Assembly (NCBI RefSeq): GCF_006345805.1
Contig: NC_043006.1
Span: 51,770,001-51,834,000, forward strand
Source of the DNA: Octopus sinensis
Taxonomy: Eukaryota
Direction: 5' to 3'
DNA length: 64,000 nt
A program made the position numbers and the translations under genes. Position 1 is the first letter of the stretch. The number at the start of each line of letters is the position of its first letter. A model generated the notes under the pieces. The model was not told the origin of the DNA and ran no database searches. It was given only the letters and a program-made list of their open reading frames with translations. This document shows positions 1-12,580 of this stretch, in pieces.

Positions 1-3000
1 CGACAAAGCGTTCTGCTTGTCCGTTAGGTTGTAGGATGGGATGGTGCCGTAGTTACATGTTCTACAGCGAATGTTTTACAAAACTTTTTAAATTCAAAAG
101 ACATAAGTTGCTTCCCATTGTCAGACTCTTTCGCGTCTGGGATACCAAATCTCGCAAACAACTCATGTAAAAAAATTTGTCGCAGTTGAGGAGCTTGGCT
201 GTTTACACTTACAAATTTCTGGTCATTCAGAGAAAGTATCAACTACCACTAAGTAGTATGAACCGTTTAAAGGATCAGCGAAATCGTTGTGTAGTGTCAA
301 CCACAGAACATCTACCTTTAGCTAAGGTTCTCTTTTTATCGTTGGTAATTTTACTACTAGAGCACATCCTCTACAGCCTTTCACTAAATTTTCGATTTCT
401 TTATCCATTTTTGGCCAATACTCGTAGCTACGCATTAAGCTTTCATACTCGAAATACCAGGATGTCCAACATGAAATTCCCTCAACATTTTGTTTTTTAA
501 TGTTCCAGGTATTACTACTCTCTGTGCCTACGTCAGTAAGCCATTACAAATTGAGTATAGGTTCACGTCTTGGTTTCGTTTCGCACCAATCCTGTTCCTA
601 TTTACTTTTCCTGACCACAGTATTTTTTTCATTTCTGTTATGAATTTGTCCTCTCCCGAATTCCATTTTATGTCTTTTAGGGTTACCAGTAATTCGCGTA
701 CCACATTCCACATTGTATTTTTTAAAATTTCTCCTTCTGATCTTAGAAGCTGCGATTACCATATCTTTGAATGGTTCGCAGTGTTTGAAATCAATATGGA
801 CAAACCATCTGCATGCCCAAGTGTTTTTGACGGGAAATATTTCATTTTATAATCCTAATTCAATAATGTAGTGCTCCATTGCTGTAGTCTATTTGCTGTG
901 TGTGTTGGTATTCCTTTTCTAGAGCCATATATTGACAGTAGTGGGCGATGGTCAGTTTGTAGACAGAAACTTCTTCCATGAATAAATCTATGGCATTTTT
1001 ATTACATTACATATGATTGCTAACGCTTCCTTTTCTATTTTTACTTCCATCGTCATATTTGTGCAGGAGCACGGCTCCTACACCGTAATCACTTGCATCT
1101 GTAGCCAATATAATATCCAACTTTGAATCAAAATACGTTAACGATAAGTTCAATGTTAAAATACTTTTTAATTTGCCAAATACCTTCTGGCATTTATCAG
1201 TCCTGCGCCATTTTGCATTTTTCTTTAACAAATCATTGAGCGGGACCCTTACATTATGTCTATTGGGAATGTAAATTTGACAGTAAATCTAAAATGCTTG
1301 TAGTATAGTCACATTATTTGGCTCGGGCATATTTTTTATAGCAGTTATTCTGGATGGATCCGGTTTCCGTTCGTTTTTATCTATTATGTCTCAAGTATTT
1401 AATTTTTTTCAGAAAAAATCGCGTTTTACTTCCGTTAACATGAAACCGTATTCTCCTATCTTTTCGAATACCCTCTTTAACATGTTTTACATGTTGTTCA
1501 TGTTATCGTCTAAATAGGCGGTAGCAAAATCACAGCCACCCTGCATTGTATCCATTATTTGCTGAAATATGGAAGGAGCCACTTTTACACCGAAGGGAAG
1601 CCGCTTAAATTTAAATAAGCCACGGTGTGTATTAATGGCTAATAAGTGAGCATTCTTCTTCTACTTCGATTTGTAGATATGCTTCCAAGAGATCCAATTT
1701 TGAGAAGAATTATCCTCCATTCAATTTCGCAAACATTTCCTCAGGGCTCGGCAATGGGTGGTTATGTGAGATTAGGCAATCATTCAACCCCGTTGAAAAA
1801 CTGCACAAACTCTTAACTTTTTCCTTTTCTTTTTCATGTAGACCGTAGGCGCTTGCCCAGTCTGAGTGGTCCGTCTTCTCGATTATTCCTAGGCTTCCAA
1901 GTCTTTCAAGTTCCTTATTTAACTGTTCTATTGCCGCAAAGGTACATTCCGTTTTGGCTTAAATACAAATGTTGCACTTTGTTTTAATATAATTTTTGCC
2001 TTTGTTTTCGTGCATCAGCCTAATTCCTCCGAGAAAATATCTGGGAATAAATGTTTTACTTTTCGTTTCAGCCCCTTAGCCACATTCCAACCTTCGATTG
2101 AACCGACTATATTCCCATAAAAATCACTCTATGCCGAAAAAATTAACTGAATTTTTTAACTCATATACTTTTGCCGTTTTCATTTGATCATGAAATGTCA
2201 CGTTACACACGAATTCACCTACAAAATACAATCTTTTACCCGCAACACCGCGTGCTACTTTTGTAGATTTACTTAATTTCGGTTTACTGATATACTTCCA
2301 AGTTTCTTCATTCATAATGTTAACTTCACTTCCAGGGTCTAATTGCATTTTTACTCTTATACTTTCAATTTTCACATTTACAAATTTTCTCTTTGTCACA
2401 TCGCCATTTTCTTTCAATGACATCTTATTTATTCTTGGTTTTACAGTTTTACGCGTCCAATTTTTCAACAACGGAAGCTTTCTTAAATGGACAGTTTTTT
2501 CTCAGGTGTAGACCTGCACGTGTAGATGCACTTGTTTCACTTGGGATCAATCTTTATGTTCAATTTTCTCTGTGTCGTGTTTTAAATTTACTATTCTTTC
2601 ACACTCTTCTGAACTTGTTGTAAAGTTACAGTTTGGTTTTGTTATAGCTTAGCGAGAATTCTTGTTCTTACTTCTGCGTCTTTTACTACAGTTAGTCCCT
2701 GAGTAAATATCAGGCGCTTGAACATACCTGGTGTTAATTTGTCCAGTTTGAACTTTTCACATTCTCTGTTAACTCTAACAGCATATGTGATATAGTCTTC
2801 CTCGTTGTTCTTTTCTTGGTTCAAACATTTCCAGCTTGTATTGAACAACGATCTTTTCTCGCTAAATATTATACACAATATGTCTATTGTATCTTTAAAG
2901 TTTATGTCAGAAGGATTTTTTTTCGGGAGCACGTAATCGCTGTAATGCTCATGTTCTCCTGCTGACAGTTTTCTTAAGATTAAACCCGTTTTCATATCGT

Positions 3001-3306
3001 CGTCCCAGTCTTTGCACTCTTTATTGAAGATTTATTCGTATCTTCTATAGTACGCCTCGAAGTTAACTCCTTCATACTTAAATTCTGTTTTCGCGTTTGC
3101 AACATAATCTGGTAAGGAACTCTTTTTAGCATTTTCTGACGTAATAGTAATTGTTTTCTTACTGTAATAGTAATTGTTATTGTTGCTGTTCTTTTAGTTG
3201 CTGTTGTTGTTGTTTTTGCAACTCGAGCAAACCGGCCAACAATTTTTCTACAATTTTACGATTTTGTATACCGTAAAATTTCGTAACTCCTTGTGAATTT
3301 GTTAAT

Positions 3307-3318
3307 TCCTCGTCGCCA
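3307..3318 (-). promoter_or_regulatory. Primer binding site TGGCGACGAGGA
   Basis: Lies 1 nt inside the LTR end. Complementary to the 3' end of eukaryotic tRNA-Ser(GCT), ...TCCTCGTCGCCA (recalled sequence). Confidence 0.75.
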
Positions 3319-3319
3319 A

Positions 3320-3506
3320 TGTTGTAATCCTTTCGTCTGACTATTATTGCGCCCGCTCTGGTATAGCAGTAAGACCACGACTATCTATGACCATCTACTT
3401 CGTACTCGCTATCATTATGACACTGACTGACAGTATTTATAATGACTATCACATACCATTTGTCACGTGGGAGGGGTGTACCATTATTACTATTATCCCC
3501 ATAACA
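3320..3506 (-). repeat. Putative short 5' LTR (~187 bp) of the Gypsy element
   Basis: Bounded by TGTTG...TAACA and directly adjacent to the primer binding site. The partner LTR lies outside the window, so the outer boundary is inferred. Confidence 0.6.
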
Positions 3507-3700
3507 TGATAATACTCACTGTCCTTAAGAGACAAACCTTCTGTCAGAGCTCTACCGGGCTTTGTATTCCAACTTCCTTCAGCCATTTATCTATATCTTT
3601 ACTTACTGTTCCCAACATACCAAATATTATAGGCATGACCTTTACTTTCTTATGCTCCAAGTTCTTCCTATTTAATTTTTTTTCGTCCTGTTTCTTTATG
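3507..3700 (-). mobile_element. 3' fragment of an R4/Dong-like (restriction-like endonuclease) non-LTR retrotransposon
   Basis: KVKVMPIIFGMLGTVSKDIDKWLKEVGIQSPVELLQKVCLL is the typical C-terminus of RLE elements; homologous to the copy at 50300-51200. Confidence 0.75.
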
Positions 3701-3930
3701 ATCCTGGAATCAAACGGGCATGATGGGTCGATCTTCTTCTTCTTCTTCTTCAGAAGGCGTTGCGTTCTACATTTTTTTTGTGGTGTCCTGTACCCATATA
3801 TGCATGTATATATACATATAGATGTAGGTATGTACATATATGTATGAATGTATGCATATGTTTTATTTATTAAATTGTTATTATATGATTGAACGCAACG
3901 CGTCTTCTTCCAAGTAAGTTTTATATATAT

Positions 3931-4812
3931 ACTAGCAGTATTGCCCGGCTTTGTGTGGCTATTAATCGCACTGAGGAAAATCGATTAATCTGCGGGTGCA
4001 AAATCAATACTTTCTTACACAATGTACGTACGTGCGCTCGTGCGTTCTATGCACGCGCGAATTAAGCTAAACTTGGATGAAGTTCAATCAAAATTCAATT
4101 ATTTGGTTTTAAAATCAAGCATTTAATGCCCTCTATTTTTGCGCTTATGTGTTCCATTTCTTCAATAGGAAGTACGTAGAAGCGTTTCATAAATTTTTGT
4201 TGATCAAATAATTGCATTGTTGAATTATTCTTTTAGATCAGTATTTCTCAACGGGGATTTCAGGGAGTCGCTGGCGATGTATCGTGATGATCAAAAATCC
4301 GGCCTGCTAAAATTTGGTTAAAGTGATTCAAACTGCAGACTCAACGCAAAATGGTCACATTTAATTCAAAGCGTTAAAAATGTTATGAAAACAATTGGTA
4401 TGTGTTCACAAAGTCCAAACGATTAATAACGAAAAAACCCTCAAGCCTACATCCTGAAAATTCCTTTCTTTGCCAAATTTCTACAATGTTTACGGCGATT
4501 CGTTTTTATATCTTGATTTTTTAAATTTTTCACGCAATTTACGCATGCTTGCACGCGTGGTGAACACAGTTCACGTCAAACAGCTGACTGAGTAAAGTTC
4601 ACTATTCAATGCATGGGATAAGGCCTAAACAAACACATTATCGATTTTTGCACTTGCGAGATGAATTTCGGAACAGAAATAGCGCAGTTCAATTTTCATT
4701 CGCCTAAACTTTAAGTGACCCATTTTTGGTGGTTCTACGATTTGTTGGCTAGGAGGAGATGTGCCGGGAAGTTAAACACACAGACACACAAGTTGAGTTT
4801 TATATATATATA
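3931..4812 (+). mobile_element. Helitron-like non-autonomous element (Lep1/DINE-like organisation)
   Basis: Starts ACTAGCAGTATTGCCCGGC after (TA)n and ends ...GGAGGAGAT..ACACACAGACACACAAGTTGAGTTTT(TA)n. No TIRs or TSD. Same layout as 53408-54366. Confidence 0.55.
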
Positions 4813-5965
4813 TATATATATAAACAAATTTATAACCCTGGAATCTTTATATATTTACCATCAATCTCACCGCAAACTAGATGCAGTGAAATCACGTCAT
4901 CACGTCAGTAACCAGGCTGCAGTTGGTGATACAAAAATTTTGACAATAAACATTTAAGTAACCTTAATTGTCTTCACGCGTTATTGAATGGCTAATGTGT
5001 ATCTTCCATGCTACAGTTGTGTAAAGGAAACTATAATTCAATTCCAAAATGTCAATAAGTTGAAAATAATGAATGTTTTTTTGTCTATTAGACATTTATT
5101 ACATATGATTAAATTGCTGAATAAAGTACATGCATACATGACAGAATGTAGTTAGATACTGTCTGTCAGTTTCTATCTGCCTACCTGTATATCTGTTTGT
5201 CGCTATTTGTTTTTATTTATTTCAATAGTTCATCGATTTCTGAGCGTTACCCATAACATAATATATGATGGTGATTCTTGTTAATTTCTCCAAGGATGAA
5301 GAACTTGTTTGAAATAATATTATTGAAAAAAAATTTGAAATGAGAATTGTGATGTCTATGCATCTCCCTCAAACATTAAGTCGTTGCTATTATGTTAAAT
5401 TGTCGTATGTCCAAATTTGGCCAAATGCGTTTTTTTCAATATTTATTTTTGCTTGCTATAGCCGGTTCTTTTGGTCAATCTACGGTATCTCCAGCTGCTT
5501 CAGATACCAAGATATAAAAAATTATCAAAGTGTAGTACAACGGTTTTGCTATGGAATGTTGAAACTATGACAGCTGTATCATACAGGTTGAAGATGGGAA
5601 GGGTGGCTTCCCTTTGTAAATATTGATAGGGCACAGAAAGTGTGTTAATAGCCAGCTGGAGGAGATGTCCTCCTGGGGCTACAAGCTGCAGTAGCATCCA
5701 CCCTTAGGGGTTAGCCACATTTAAGTGGCAAATACTTCACGAACTATTTTTTCGTTTTCTGACAAAGCAACGTTTTGAACTTACGACACTTTTGCATAAT
5801 AGCAACGAAGTACATTAAGGAATTGATGGGAACATAATTATGAACTGTTGAGTTTTTAACTCAGAGCCAACTCACTACTCTACATAGTTTATTGCTTCAG
5901 TGTATATAGAATGTAAAATAATTACTGGTGTTGGTCATCTATGACAGCTGTGAAGATTACCAAGG

Positions 5966-6138
5966 TTAGAGTGCATTATTCAGATTAAATACAGTGTTAA
6001 CGAAAGTTGCTAGAGGTTCCATTGATCTGTGAGGAATTCGAGATGTTGACTTGTCAGAACCATGGTACGGTTTATATACAACAACAGCCATGGCTATGAA
6101 CAGAACTATTAAGGTAACGCATATTCCACATGTTAGAC
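5966..6138 (-). CDS. Terminal coding exon of a single-pass membrane protein (TM helix plus short cytoplasmic tail)
   Basis: Strong acceptor TTTTTTCTCTTTTCAG|, phase 1. Translates to (G)LTCGICVTLIVLFIAMAVVVYKPYHGSDKSTSRIPHRSMEPLATFVNTVFNLNNAL*, with a ~21-aa hydrophobic segment. Confidence 0.75.
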
Positions 6139-6200
6139 CTGAAAAGAGAAAAAATAGAAATTTTGAGAAAGAGAATATGAGAAAACAAAGGTAGAAAAAG

Positions 6201-6231
<31 letters not shown>

Positions 6232-6861
6232 GAGAGTGATAAAGGGAAGAGAGAAGGGGTTTACTGTAAATTTCTGATTATAATGGGTAAAAGGTAGTAG
6301 GAGCTGGAAAAGTTGTTACGGTGGTTTTCAAAGCCACCCCTTATCAAATACAGATGACTATTCAATTGGTAGACTGACTCTCTCGTTGATATAATGATCA
6401 GACACTACTACGACTACTACCATGCTGCGACTGCCACCACTAGCATACTATTTCTTCCACTATTACGAACCAGTCCTTAATATCAACATCGCCACTAAGG
6501 TACAATAAATTATTTTCTGTGTTAAAATAGTTACTGCAATTATGACTCAGAAAGCATTAAAAGGAGACCAACAACCACTGCCATTTGAACAGTCTAAGAA
6601 AAACTTGTAAACTTTTAATATTGCTATCATGCAAGTTTAATTTAATTAAATTCAATTTATTTTCCTTACTATATGAGTACATTGTCTTAAACAATTAAAA
6701 CCGGTTATATATTTCGATAAAAATATAAATATTTCTCCTTTTATTTACCATTCTCAAAGCCGTTTTTCCTTTTGTTTTCGTGTGAAACTTAAATTTCTCA
6801 ATGTACATACATACGTACATATGTACATACATACATGCATACATATATATGTATATTTATA

Positions 6862-6896
<35 letters not shown>

Positions 6897-7089
6897 CATG
6901 TGTGTGTATATGTGTGTGTGCGTGTGTGTGTACATTTGTGTGTGTGTGCGTGCGTATATGTCGACCATGGCTAGAAGACCAAAGAAATATTTCAGAGACC
7001 AGCTAAGGATCACTTTAAAGAGAAGTGACATCAGCCATTCAAGAGAGTAAATATTGCTACCAACCATTCATTCATTCTGTTAGTTTCAC

Positions 7090-8260
7090 TTTAAGAGGAT
7101 AACAGAAGATATATATAGGAGAAACGAACTCGCCTCTATTATGTTCAGCAAAGTAATGTGGCATGAGCACAAAATTATATTGTCTCTCACCATAGATTTA
7201 CTTGTCCCATCTTTGACTGTAGCTGTCCACTAAAGATTGGTATGTACCGCCATCAACTGATCCACAAATAAAGAAGATCGTTATCATAGCATTCGATCGA
7301 CAACCATAAGCATGTCAATATATTGAGAGATCTCTATATGTATTCTCTTTCCCTTTCTATTTTCCTATCGTCAGTTCGTTTCATCCCTCTTTAGAGTTCA
7401 TCGACTCTATTGCTTATCTTGCAGTCACTCACTCTTGACATATTCTGTCAGCTTCTTCTGATCGCTCCTATCTCGACCTACGTCCTCCCACTGACTCACA
7501 CCCCATCCACAATCTTTCAATTCCACCACATCTGCCACCCTCGTTGCTGTGGAAAGTCTCGTTTATATAGACTATAAGCAGAAGCCGTCCCTAAGGAACA
7601 CCACTGGTGATTTTACTGGGGTTGAGTGGATTTCACCGATCACAATATGTTGTGTTCTGCTCTCCAGGAAATACTCAATCCAGTGTAGTAGTTTTCCACC
7701 GATTCCAAAATTTGACAATTTTGTCAGTAGGATATTGTGGTCGACTCTGTTGAACGCTTTACTCATGTCAAGATATATGACATCAGAGTTCGGACCTGAT
7801 TCCAAGGCTTTAAGAACATCATGGATGTTGTGTAAGAGCTGTGTTAGATAGTCCCTGCCGCAGCGAAAACCATGCTGGTTTGAATTTAGGAGATCGTTGC
7901 TCTCCAGGAAGCCACCTATCCTTGATCGTACCACCCTTTCAAACATTTTAATGATATGGGATGTGAGTGAGATTGGGTGATAGTTGACTGCGAGGGATCT
8001 GTTTCCCTGTTTGGGAAAAGAGCTGTTTCGGTATATATCATGAGTCTAAAGAATTTCTCCAGAGGTTGGTTAGAAGGGCTGCAAGTTGGTATCTACATTC
8101 TTTCAGACTAACAGGGAAGCTATCAGGGCCTACAGTAGAATAGTATTTGATCTCATTTATTGCTGCTATGATATCTGAAGCAGTATAAAAGTTATATCCG
8201 AGATTATATGTTGAAGATCGACTTCGTTCACATCCCTTACGTCAATATCAGTGGGATCAT
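7090..8260 (-). mobile_element. CR1/L2-like LINE reverse transcriptase fragment
   Basis: NY.PISLTS..IKMFERVV..NQHGFR..YLDMSKAFNRVDH (ORF 7572-7946), followed by a frameshifted GVP.G motif; degraded flanks. Confidence 0.85.
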
Positions 8261-8267
8261 TAAAGGC

Positions 8268-8322
<55 letters not shown>

Positions 8323-8331
8323 ATACGCACA

Positions 8332-8362
<31 letters not shown>

Positions 8363-8387
8363 CACAACACACACACGTAGATATATA

Positions 8388-8645
8388 TTCTTTTATTTCT
8401 TTTACTTGTTTCAGTCATTTGAGTGCAGTCATGATGGAGCACCGCCTTAAAGGGTTATAGTCGAAGAAATCGACCCAAGGACACCAAGACTTATTCTTTG
8501 TAAGCCTGGTACTTATTCTATCGGTCTTTTTTGTCGAACTGGTAAATTACGGGGACATAAACACGGCAACATCGGTTGTCAAGCGATGGCGGACATCGGT
8601 TGTCAAGCGATGGCGGGTGGGGTGGGGAATGAGGACAAACATAGA
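8388..8645 (-). mobile_element. SINE family B (OR/CORE-like), 3' half
   Basis: Reverse complement of the 3' half of the full copy at 40279-40785; contains a 24-bp tandem duplication at ~8570-8615. Confidence 0.85.
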
Positions 8646-8751
8646 CGCACATACAAACATACAGACACACACATACATACATACATACATACATACATAC
8701 ATACATACATACATACACACACACACATATATATATGCGTGTGTGTGTTTG

Positions 8752-8958
8752 TGTGTCTGTGTTTGTCCCCCTAGCATTGCTTGACAACCGATGCTGGTGT
8801 GTTTATATCCCCGTTACTTAGCGGTTCGGCAAAAGAGACCGATAGAATAAGTACTGGGCTTACAAAAGAATAAGTCTCGGGGTCGAGTTGCTCGATTAAA
8901 GGCGGTACTCCAGCATGGCCGCAGTTAAATGACTGAAACAAATAAAAGAGTAAAGGGT
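8752..8958 (+). mobile_element. SINE family B, 3' half
   Basis: GTTTGTCCCCCTAGCATTGCTTGACAACCG...GACTGAAACAAATAAAAGAGTAAA matches 40580-40785. Confidence 0.9.
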
Positions 8959-9225
8959 ATATACATACATACACATACTTACATACACAAGTAGACATAC
9001 ATATGATTGTGTCTGTATGAATGTTCGTGTAAGTCTGTGTGTGGGGTTTTGTGTGTGAAGGCGTGTGTACGTTTATTTGTACTGTTAATACACATTGTCT
9101 AATAGCATATACTTAGTCCCCCTTACGGTATAGAAGGGACAGGTGCGTGGAGTAGATGTGAGAAGTGGTGCGATCGGAATCGAAATTTTGGAATGCATGC
9201 AGGATAGCGCTCTCTCTTGACACCC

Positions 9226-9307
<82 letters not shown>

Positions 9308-9417
9308 CACACACACACACACACATACACACAGCGTAGTTGGATTACCAACGCGCGGGAAAAAGCAAGTATTATGGGTAGACGGCGCTAATTAAAAAAA
9401 ATTATTGTAACTTTGTA

Positions 9418-9448
<31 letters not shown>

Positions 9449-12400
9449 TACATATATGTAGTGCTGAAAACTCGAAGTAGTGAAGTAGAAAAATTCAGCA
9501 AGTTTGTATAAGAATACAGTTGCTTTAAACGCGTACACACACACTCACACATACACACGTACATACATGCACACATACATATTCGTAAATATTTGTGAAC
9601 GAATATATTATATTAAAATGATGTTTACCTAAATCTTGCGCTTTTAGTACAGCTATTGTGTTTGCCTCTTTCATTGTATGCAATCATCCATTTGACTTTT
9701 GCTATATGCAGACGGTAGAGGTTGTTTGATAACAAGTGTCACGCGGTTAGATTGCTATCATATCCATTTGACCCTTGCTACCGCTCACAACTTTGACAAG
9801 TAATCCTCTGTGATAAATCTGGTATATAACCACAAACTACACTTGACCTACAATATGTATATACACTTTAATCGCTTCTAACTTAAGCACAAGCACCCAA
9901 CTTTTCGAGGAGTGAACAGGTCATTAGATCTGTCGTGATATTGTACAAGTACGTATTTCATCGACCCCGTGAAGAATGAAGGTGATATCGACCTCGATAG
10001 GATTTGATTTAAGAACTTTACAGTTTATACTGAAATGTAAATGAAATAAGTGATGCGGTAGAGTATAAAGTCAGTTCCAAGTTTGCTGAATTTGAAAATC
10101 GGAGCTGTACACTACTTTGACCTTACAATTTGATATATTTGTAACGGTGGAAATTGGTTGGTAAACAATATAATGATGATGTGGTCAGCTGGTGTGACGA
10201 TAACTATTTTGTTGTTAGGACGGCAAGTTGTAAGATGCGAAAGATGAACAATGCATGAAATTTTAAGGAAATATTTATTTACCGTTACGTTACAAATACC
10301 TTGCCTCGACGGGTAGGTTTTGATACATCCAAAAGCATGCGAAGTAAAGTTTGAGTTTGGGTTCTCTTCATTGTTTAGTAGTAATTGCTGAGACAGATAG
10401 AATGATGCTGTAAGAGAACAGAATTGGAGCTAGTGAGAGTGAGAAAATGTGGGACGTTGTCTTTCTTTTTCCCTCTGGCCGTTTTGTTTGCTTGCCTCCA
10501 CGATTCTAGTGGTCGGTTCACTAACTGATGTTAGCTCTCTCTAAACTCACGAGTTTGTCACCAAGGTGACTAACTGATTTTTGCTTGGCGTATGCTTGCT
10601 TATATAAAGATCCAGAAGGATAGATATATCATTGAGAACATTAGTTTTAGTTGGTGGTCTTGTTATCTCTATTCTAGCTTTTAGTGAAGTAGAAGAGGTG
10701 AAGTGGTGAAGACATTATTTCGGCCTAGCTAAAGGCATCTGGAAAATCTAAAACTGCTGTCACAGAAAAACCATTGTTCCATCGTGGGAAAAGTTCTGTT
10801 GCAGTGTTAATTTAAATTTGGCTGTAGTGGATCGAATCCACTTCATGCATGCAAGATCCACTACATATTCTTGTAAATATGAAAAACCCTTTAACATTTT
10901 TCTGAAACATCCTAGATGTGAATGGAGTCATAATAGGATAAATAAATACTAAGACTAAGATTCCGACGGAAACATTGAGCATTGTAATATTCATGGATCT
11001 TTGGAGTATGTGATAAACAATGAAAATACAGCCCTCATTCACTGCAGTTCTTTGGTGATAAAATCACCGCAGTGTACTCACGCAAATGATACGTCATAAT
11101 CAAAAGTCTTATTAAGAAGGCAAGATTATTAATTTATTCCTTTGCTGCAAACAAGACTCATATTTTTGCTTGCTGATAGCTCTAACGAGTGTAAATGCTG
11201 TCAGTGGTTTAGAAACCCACTTTCAGTTGATGACAGCTTTTCATGCCGAATTGGGTTTATTTCCTTAAACCAGCCTCTTTTAAGATTCATATAAAATAAT
11301 GTAGATGAGAAATGAGAGAAAAAAAAACTAGGAATTCGAAGAACCTGATTCAAGATCCAATGCAAATAATGCAAAAGTACAAGCAAGAACGAATGGAGAG
11401 TTCTCTTCTTTCTATTTGCTCGTATCCAAGGAATACTGCATTGGATTCTTGATACGTTCATTCAGTGTAGTGTTCACTTCGGCAGGTTTTTAATTCAGAA
11501 GAGAAAGGGGTGTAAATACACATATCGCGTTCTAGCGAATTGGTTACTCTGTCATTTTTATTCTACTGGAATGGACAATTGAAAGGGAGGGATGTATTAG
11601 ACTCAATCGATTCTAAAACATGATAATGACTCGAAAAATTTTGTAATAATAGACAATCACTGTACAAACTTACAAACTCAAAGAAACAGTCATCTGTGTA
11701 TCATCGTTAATGTAAATACATTGTTGAAAGGCAAATTTACTGCGGTCTACGTCCAAAGATATCGCATCTCAGGGACGAGCTGTGTTTAAAAACATTATAT
11801 CAGAGGGAGACGATAATCATTCCAGCAGCGGCTAGCGCGAATGAAAGATGCATTTCGGCCTTGTTGGGCTTTGCCATTGTGTGTACTCACAACCAGCTGC
11901 ATGCTTATACAACATTTGTCACCTCCGATACATAGAAAAACAATCAAAAACATTCATTGGTATTACGAATAGCAATAAAACCGTTACATGCAATAAAAGT
12001 AGGATTAAATTTAAAAGAAAGCTACTGAGAAGGACCACTGAAGTTGAAATCTGGTATTCACACTAACTTCTGCTGGAACGATTTTCATCTCTCTCCGATA
12101 TATATTGTGTTTCTAAATACAGCTCGTTCATAAGGGATGATATATCTTGAATACGGCAGTAAATTTGCCATTCAACAATGTTTTTACATTAAGAAAACTA
12201 TTTAAATGTAACACTGCTTTTCTTGCACGTAACAGAAAGAAACATTCATTTATAGGAATTTACGGAAAACTGAATCAGTAAGTTGAACACTTAAGATATC
12301 AAATGTGTGAGACAGACTTTTGATATTGCATGACAAAAGAAGCATTGATTTTTTCATGCGTCAGTGTCCTAGTGGATAAAAGTATTACTGCGCTTTGCTT

Positions 12401-12580
12401 AGAAATGAAGGTTTCAGTTCACTCCATTGCTATGTACGCATCCAAAAACATGAGATTTGATGAGGACCAGCGATCAAGCTGATTGAAACGTTGTTTTTAT
12501 ATACATTTTAATATAAATATCAAAATATTTTTCATCTCTGATAATAAGATTAACAGCCCGAAATATTACAATCGTATATA

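Larger units (their letters stand above)
1..3506 (-). mobile_element. Degenerate Ty3/Gypsy LTR retrotransposon (gag-protease-RT-RNaseH-integrase), running off the window start
   Basis: Minus-strand domain order: Gag-like ORF 2642-2995; protease MQLDPGSEV (2124-2471); RT with RLPFG and YLDD (1505-1516); RNase H LATDASDYGVGAVL (1007-1231); integrase zinc-finger FHVGHPG..C..C (~360-480) and core FGIP..SDNG (24-242). Many stops and frameshifts. Confidence 0.95.

Noticed and set aside
5565-5950. 13-nt direct repeat CTATGACAGCTGT at ~5565 and ~5938
   Set aside because: No element signature between the two copies; could be chance.
5500-5965. SECIS element that would support selenocysteine at the TGA
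   Set aside because: An ATGA...AA...TGA pattern is present but the intervening stem does not pair; no SECIS recognisable by eye (SECISearch would settle it).
6670-11770. Other candidate micro-exons between the 15.3-kb and 6.1-kb exons (donors near 6669, 11080 and 11672)
   Set aside because: Weak acceptors or phases that cannot be linked; could be chance splice-like motifs.
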